From Marispirochaeta sp. (lineage in GTDB: Bacteria; Spirochaetota; Spirochaetia; JC444; Marispirochaetaceae), in contig CAXXFF010000001.1 in the NCBI GenBank assembly GCA_963676835.2, positions 1-64,000 on the forward strand: a stretch of DNA of 64,000 nucleotides, written 5' to 3'. The notes under the pieces were generated by a model. That model saw nothing but the letters and a program-made list of their open reading frames with translations, searched no databases and was not told the DNA's origin. Position numbers and translations under genes: made by a program. This document shows, piece by piece, positions 60,488 to 64,000 of the stretch (position 1 is its first letter; every line of letters starts with the position of its first letter).

Positions 60488-62458
60488 TTAATTATCAATG
60501 TAGTCTTTCAACCTGCGGCTTCTTTTAGGATGCCGCAAGCGCCTTAATGCCTTCGCTTCAATCTGCCGGATACGTTCTCTGGTAACATTAAAATAGAGTC
60601 CAACCTCTTCGAGGGTAAGACTGTACCCGTCTTCAAGACCAAAACGCATCTTCAGAACTTCCTGCTCTCTCGGAGGAAGTGTATAAAGAACATCCTGCAG
60701 CTGTTCCTGCAGAAGTTTGAATGCAGTCTGATTGGCAGGATTTTCAATGTCCTTGTCTTCAATAAAATCCCCGAGGAGTGAATCCTCTTCTTCTCCGATA
60801 GGGGTTTCCAGAGATATCGGCTCTCTGGCCACATTTTTAACAGATTTTACCCTTGCAACAGACCAGCCGAGACGATCTGCAACTTCCTCATCAGAAGGTT
60901 CCCTTCCCAGAATCTGCATAAGCTGCCGTGATTCGCGCACAACCTTATTGATCTGTTCAATCATGTGTACAGGAACACGGATTGTTCTGGCCTGATCAGA
61001 GATAGAACGTGTTATTGCCTGCCTGATCCACCAGGTGGCATAGGTAGAGAACTTGTATCCTTTACGGTACTCAAACTTTTCAACCGCTTTTATGAGACCG
61101 ATATTCCCTTCCTGCACAAGGTCAAAGAAGTGGAGTCCCCTGTTGGTGTATTTTTTTGCAATACTTACAACAAGACGAAGGTTGGCCTGAATCAGACGGT
61201 CCTTTGCTCCTTTCATCATATGCTGCCCTTTGGAAATACGGTCAGCATGCTCAAGGATAGACTCAATGCTCTCTTCAAAATCTATTTCAAGGGTTTTAAG
61301 TTTTTTCTCGTTTATCTGTATCTGCCTGATTTTCTCTTTGATCTCATCAGCAGAAAGCTCCAGTTCCTCTTCGATTTTCCGGCGCTGATCAGGAGTAGCA
61401 AGACCCCGGCCCATGGTGCGGAGTTCCCTGGAACTGTTTACCCTCAACCGGCGTTCAATCTTCTGCTGTTCCTTCCGATACCGTTTTATCTTTCTTTCCG
61501 CATTGGAAAATTTATCAGACAACAGAAGGATCTCTTCCTGATGCAGATCAATATCCGCTATTTTTTTAATCAAGACCTTCCGTTTATCATCAAGATCCTG
61601 ACTTTCAAGTACATTTTCGCCGAGATTAACAAGCTTCTGCTTTGCATCCATGTATTGACGGATCGTCGGGGCAAGATTTTTCAGAGGTTCACGGTAGAAC
61701 TGATTAAGTCTTCTCCGTTCAGCTAAAAGTTCGGAAATTTCCTTTTTGGAAAGATCCATCTCACGGGGATCAACCTTGGAAAAGGTCTTCTGAATGAGAT
61801 AGAAAATTTCAGGGATTATAAGCCCTGAGGCTTTTACCACCTGTTTGATGATATTCTCGCCTTCTTCCATCCGTTTGGAGAGTTCAACTTCCTGCTCAGC
61901 GGTGAGAAGGTTTTCTTTTCCGATTTCTCGGAGATAAAGACGAATAGGATCATCAACGGCAGAGTCCTTATCACCAAGGACAACACGTTTCTTACTTAAA
62001 CCTTTTGGTTTCTCTTCTTCGGCCTCTTCTTCATCAGAATCGTCTTCATCATCTTCTTCATCTTCTTCGTCTGAATCTTCATCATCTTCCAGATCATCAT
62101 CTTCCAGATCATCGTCATCATCAGAGGAGTCATCGTCATCATCGAGATTGTCATCGGAAGGGCCATCTTCTTCAAAGGCTTCTATTTCATCATCCGAGTC
62201 TTCGTCGCTGACGACTTCATCATCAACGTCTTCATCGTCTGTGTCGTCCTCGTCGGGCATGGGTCCGCCCATTTCAATGTTATCTTCTTCTATAACGACA
62301 TTGTTCTTTTCAAGAAGAGAAAATACATCTTCGATTTTCTCTGAGTTAACAATGTCTTCAGTAAGGAAGTCATTTACCTCTTCATAGGTAATTTTCTTCT
62401 TTTTCTTAGCATAATCCAATAGCTTGCTTACAGCAGGATCATTAAGCAGCTCCGTCAT
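60488..62458 (-). CDS. rpoD: Primary sigma factor RpoD
   Basis: Region 1.1, [42 protein letters not shown]. Confidence 0.98.
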   Translation of the reverse strand: MTELLNDPAVSKLLDYAKKKKKITYEEVNDFLTEDIVNSEKIEDVFSLLEKNNVVIEEDNIEMGGPMPDEDDTDDEDVDDEVVSDEDSDDEIEAFEEDGPSDDNLDDDDDSSDDDDDLEDDDLEDDEDSDEEDEEDDEDDSDEEEAEEEKPKGLSKKRVVLGDKDSAVDDPIRLYLREIGKENLLTAEQEVELSKRMEEGENIIKQVVKASGLIIPEIFYLIQKTFSKVDPREMDLSKKEISELLAERRRLNQFYREPLKNLAPTIRQYMDAKQKLVNLGENVLESQDLDDKRKVLIKKIADIDLHQEEILLLSDKFSNAERKIKRYRKEQQKIERRLRVNSSRELRTMGRGLATPDQRRKIEEELELSADEIKEKIRQIQINEKKLKTLEIDFEESIESILEHADRISKGQHMMKGAKDRLIQANLRLVVSIAKKYTNRGLHFFDLVQEGNIGLIKAVEKFEYRKGYKFSTYATWWIRQAITRSISDQARTIRVPVHMIEQINKVVRESRQLMQILGREPSDEEVADRLGWSVARVKSVKNVAREPISLETPIGEEEDSLLGDFIEDKDIENPANQTAFKLLQEQLQDVLYTLPPREQEVLKMRFGLEDGYSLTLEEVGLYFNVTRERIRQIEAKALRRLRHPKRSRRLKDYIDN

Positions 62459-63999
62459 TTGCGCCCCACCCTCAGTTTCTGCAATTCCTCGGTCAAGTAC
62501 ATTTTTTCAGTCAGTATATCTCGCAGCGTTTCGCCGGCAGCCCCGTTACGTTCTGCCCTCTTCAACTGTATTGAAACAGCCTTCTGCCGCTTCTCAAGAG
62601 AAGCAAGCCGGACAGCACGGAGAACATCTTTTATAACGCCCGCAGGATCTTCTCCAAACTCCCCGGAAAAAGCTTTTTCCAGTACCAGTTGACGTACATT
62701 CTCATTATCGACCTTTTGGACAATACTATTCATATCCAATTCATCCCGGCGGAAAGCATTTTCCAGTATAATATACAATTCCCGGGATCTCGGATCCACC
62801 AGATCGTCAGCAGTGATGTAGCTGCGGATGTTCTTAAACTGATCCGGATAAGCAGCAGCTCCTAACATGAGGAAAAGATCCGGACCTATCTGTTCCGGAT
62901 CTGAAACGTTTTCTCTAACGTGCTGAGTGCGAATAGTCTGGTTTGAAAGATCAGCTGTTATGGCTGTAACGTTTACCTCCAGGGTTTCTGAAAGACGCTT
63001 CATATATCCTTCCCGTTTAATCGCAGAGTCCTGGATTTCTATAAACGGTGAAAGTTCCTTTAATATACGATGCTTCCCTTCGGGAGTACCGGCATTAAAG
63101 CGCCCCATAGCCTTTTCAACAAGATAATCAAAGCTATTTATATTATATTTAAGGGAGTTTTGCAACGCCTCTTTGCCCTCTTTTTGCAGTATCTCTGCAG
63201 GGTCTTTTCCTCCCTCGGGTCTAACAACAAAAGTTTCCGTTCCCGCCTTTGCACAAATCATGATAGCCTTCTCCGCAGCCCGCTGTCCGGCTTCATCGGC
63301 ATCAAACAGCAGCATACCTTTATCGGCATACCGTTTTAAAAGCACCGCCTGTTCCGAGGTAAAAGAGGTTCCCAGGGGAGCAATGGCACTCTTAATGTCC
63401 GCCTGATGCAAAGCAATAACATCCATATATCCTTCACAAAGATAGAACTGACGCTCCTGGCGAATAGTTCTGGAGGCAAAGTTGAAACCGTATAGGGTTT
63501 TGCTTTTCTTGAATATTGGCGTTTCCGGACTATTCAGGTATTTCGGGCCGTCACCATTCAGCAGGCGACCACCGAAAGCTATAACCCTGCCCTGTGATGA
63601 ATAGATAGGGATCATCAGCCTGTCCCGGAATAAGGGAAAAGTATTGTTTCGTCTGCTGAAAAGACCGGATTGATTGAGAAAATCCGCTGAATACCCTTTT
63701 TTTCTTAAAAAAGAGAAGAGCCAGTCAGGGTCATCCGGTGCGTAGCCCAGGTTAAACTGTTTTATGGATTCTTCGCTAATACCCCGGTTGATCAGATACT
63801 GCAGGGCTCCTGTTCCGGAACGGCTTCGGGTAAGAAGATAGTTAAAGGTACCGCTCACTCTTTCGTACAGTTCATACAGGGCTGTAAGCTGGCTGTTCTG
63901 CCGTGATTCCTCTTCATTTTCAATAATTTCTATGCCGGCTTTCTGCCCCAGGAATTTAACCGATTCCGCGAAGGAGAGGCTTTCCACATCCATTATAAA
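62455..63999 (-). CDS. dnaG: DNA primase (5' end outside window)
   Basis: [31 protein letters not shown]; frame open at the window edge. Confidence 0.96.
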   Translation of the reverse strand, partial: FIMDVESLSFAESVKFLGQKAGIEIIENEEESRQNSQLTALYELYERVSGTFNYLLTRSRSGTGALQYLINRGISEESIKQFNLGYAPDDPDWLFSFLRKKGYSADFLNQSGLFSRRNNTFPLFRDRLMIPIYSSQGRVIAFGGRLLNGDGPKYLNSPETPIFKKSKTLYGFNFASRTIRQERQFYLCEGYMDVIALHQADIKSAIAPLGTSFTSEQAVLLKRYADKGMLLFDADEAGQRAAEKAIMICAKAGTETFVVRPEGGKDPAEILQKEGKEALQNSLKYNINSFDYLVEKAMGRFNAGTPEGKHRILKELSPFIEIQDSAIKREGYMKRLSETLEVNVTAITADLSNQTIRTQHVRENVSDPEQIGPDLFLMLGAAAYPDQFKNIRSYITADDLVDPRSRELYIILENAFRRDELDMNSIVQKVDNENVRQLVLEKAFSGEFGEDPAGVIKDVLRAVRLASLEKRQKAVSIQLKRAERNGAAGETLRDILTEKMYLTEELQKLRVGRK

Positions 64000-64000
64000 C

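Noticed and set aside
60965..61726. 253-aa plus-strand ORF
   Set aside because: Antisense to conserved rpoD.

Overview
Bacterial chromosomal segment, almost certainly from a spirochaete (gene order murC-yicC-cmk2-rpoZ-miaA and dnaG-rpoD-Zn-ribbon-rnpB-TPR-mreBCD-mrdA-rodA; spirochaete-type lipobox). It has two parts. (1) ~1-10060 is accessory DNA: an IS21-family element (istA with two frameshifts, intact istB), then an AT-rich run of co-oriented single-gene units separated by a family of long (170-181 bp) imperfect hairpin repeats bounded by (A/C/G)TAAC...GTTAT. These look like unusually long attC sites of an integron cassette array. No integrase is in the window and the array is partly decayed. 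Cargo: VapBC-type TA pair, two metallophosphoesterases (one with a nonsense codon), an orphan protein, a degenerate SpoIIE/PP2C phosphatase and a macrodomain. Every repeat that retains its centre has a -10-like hexamer at a near-constant distance from the crossover point, suggesting promoter-carrying attC sites. (2) 10082-64000 is dense housekeeping DNA: cell wall and shape, translation, folate/histidine, c-di-AMP synthesis, recA, scpAB, rpsA, RNase P RNA, rpoD, dnaG. All calls come from motif recognition by eye; no searches were run.
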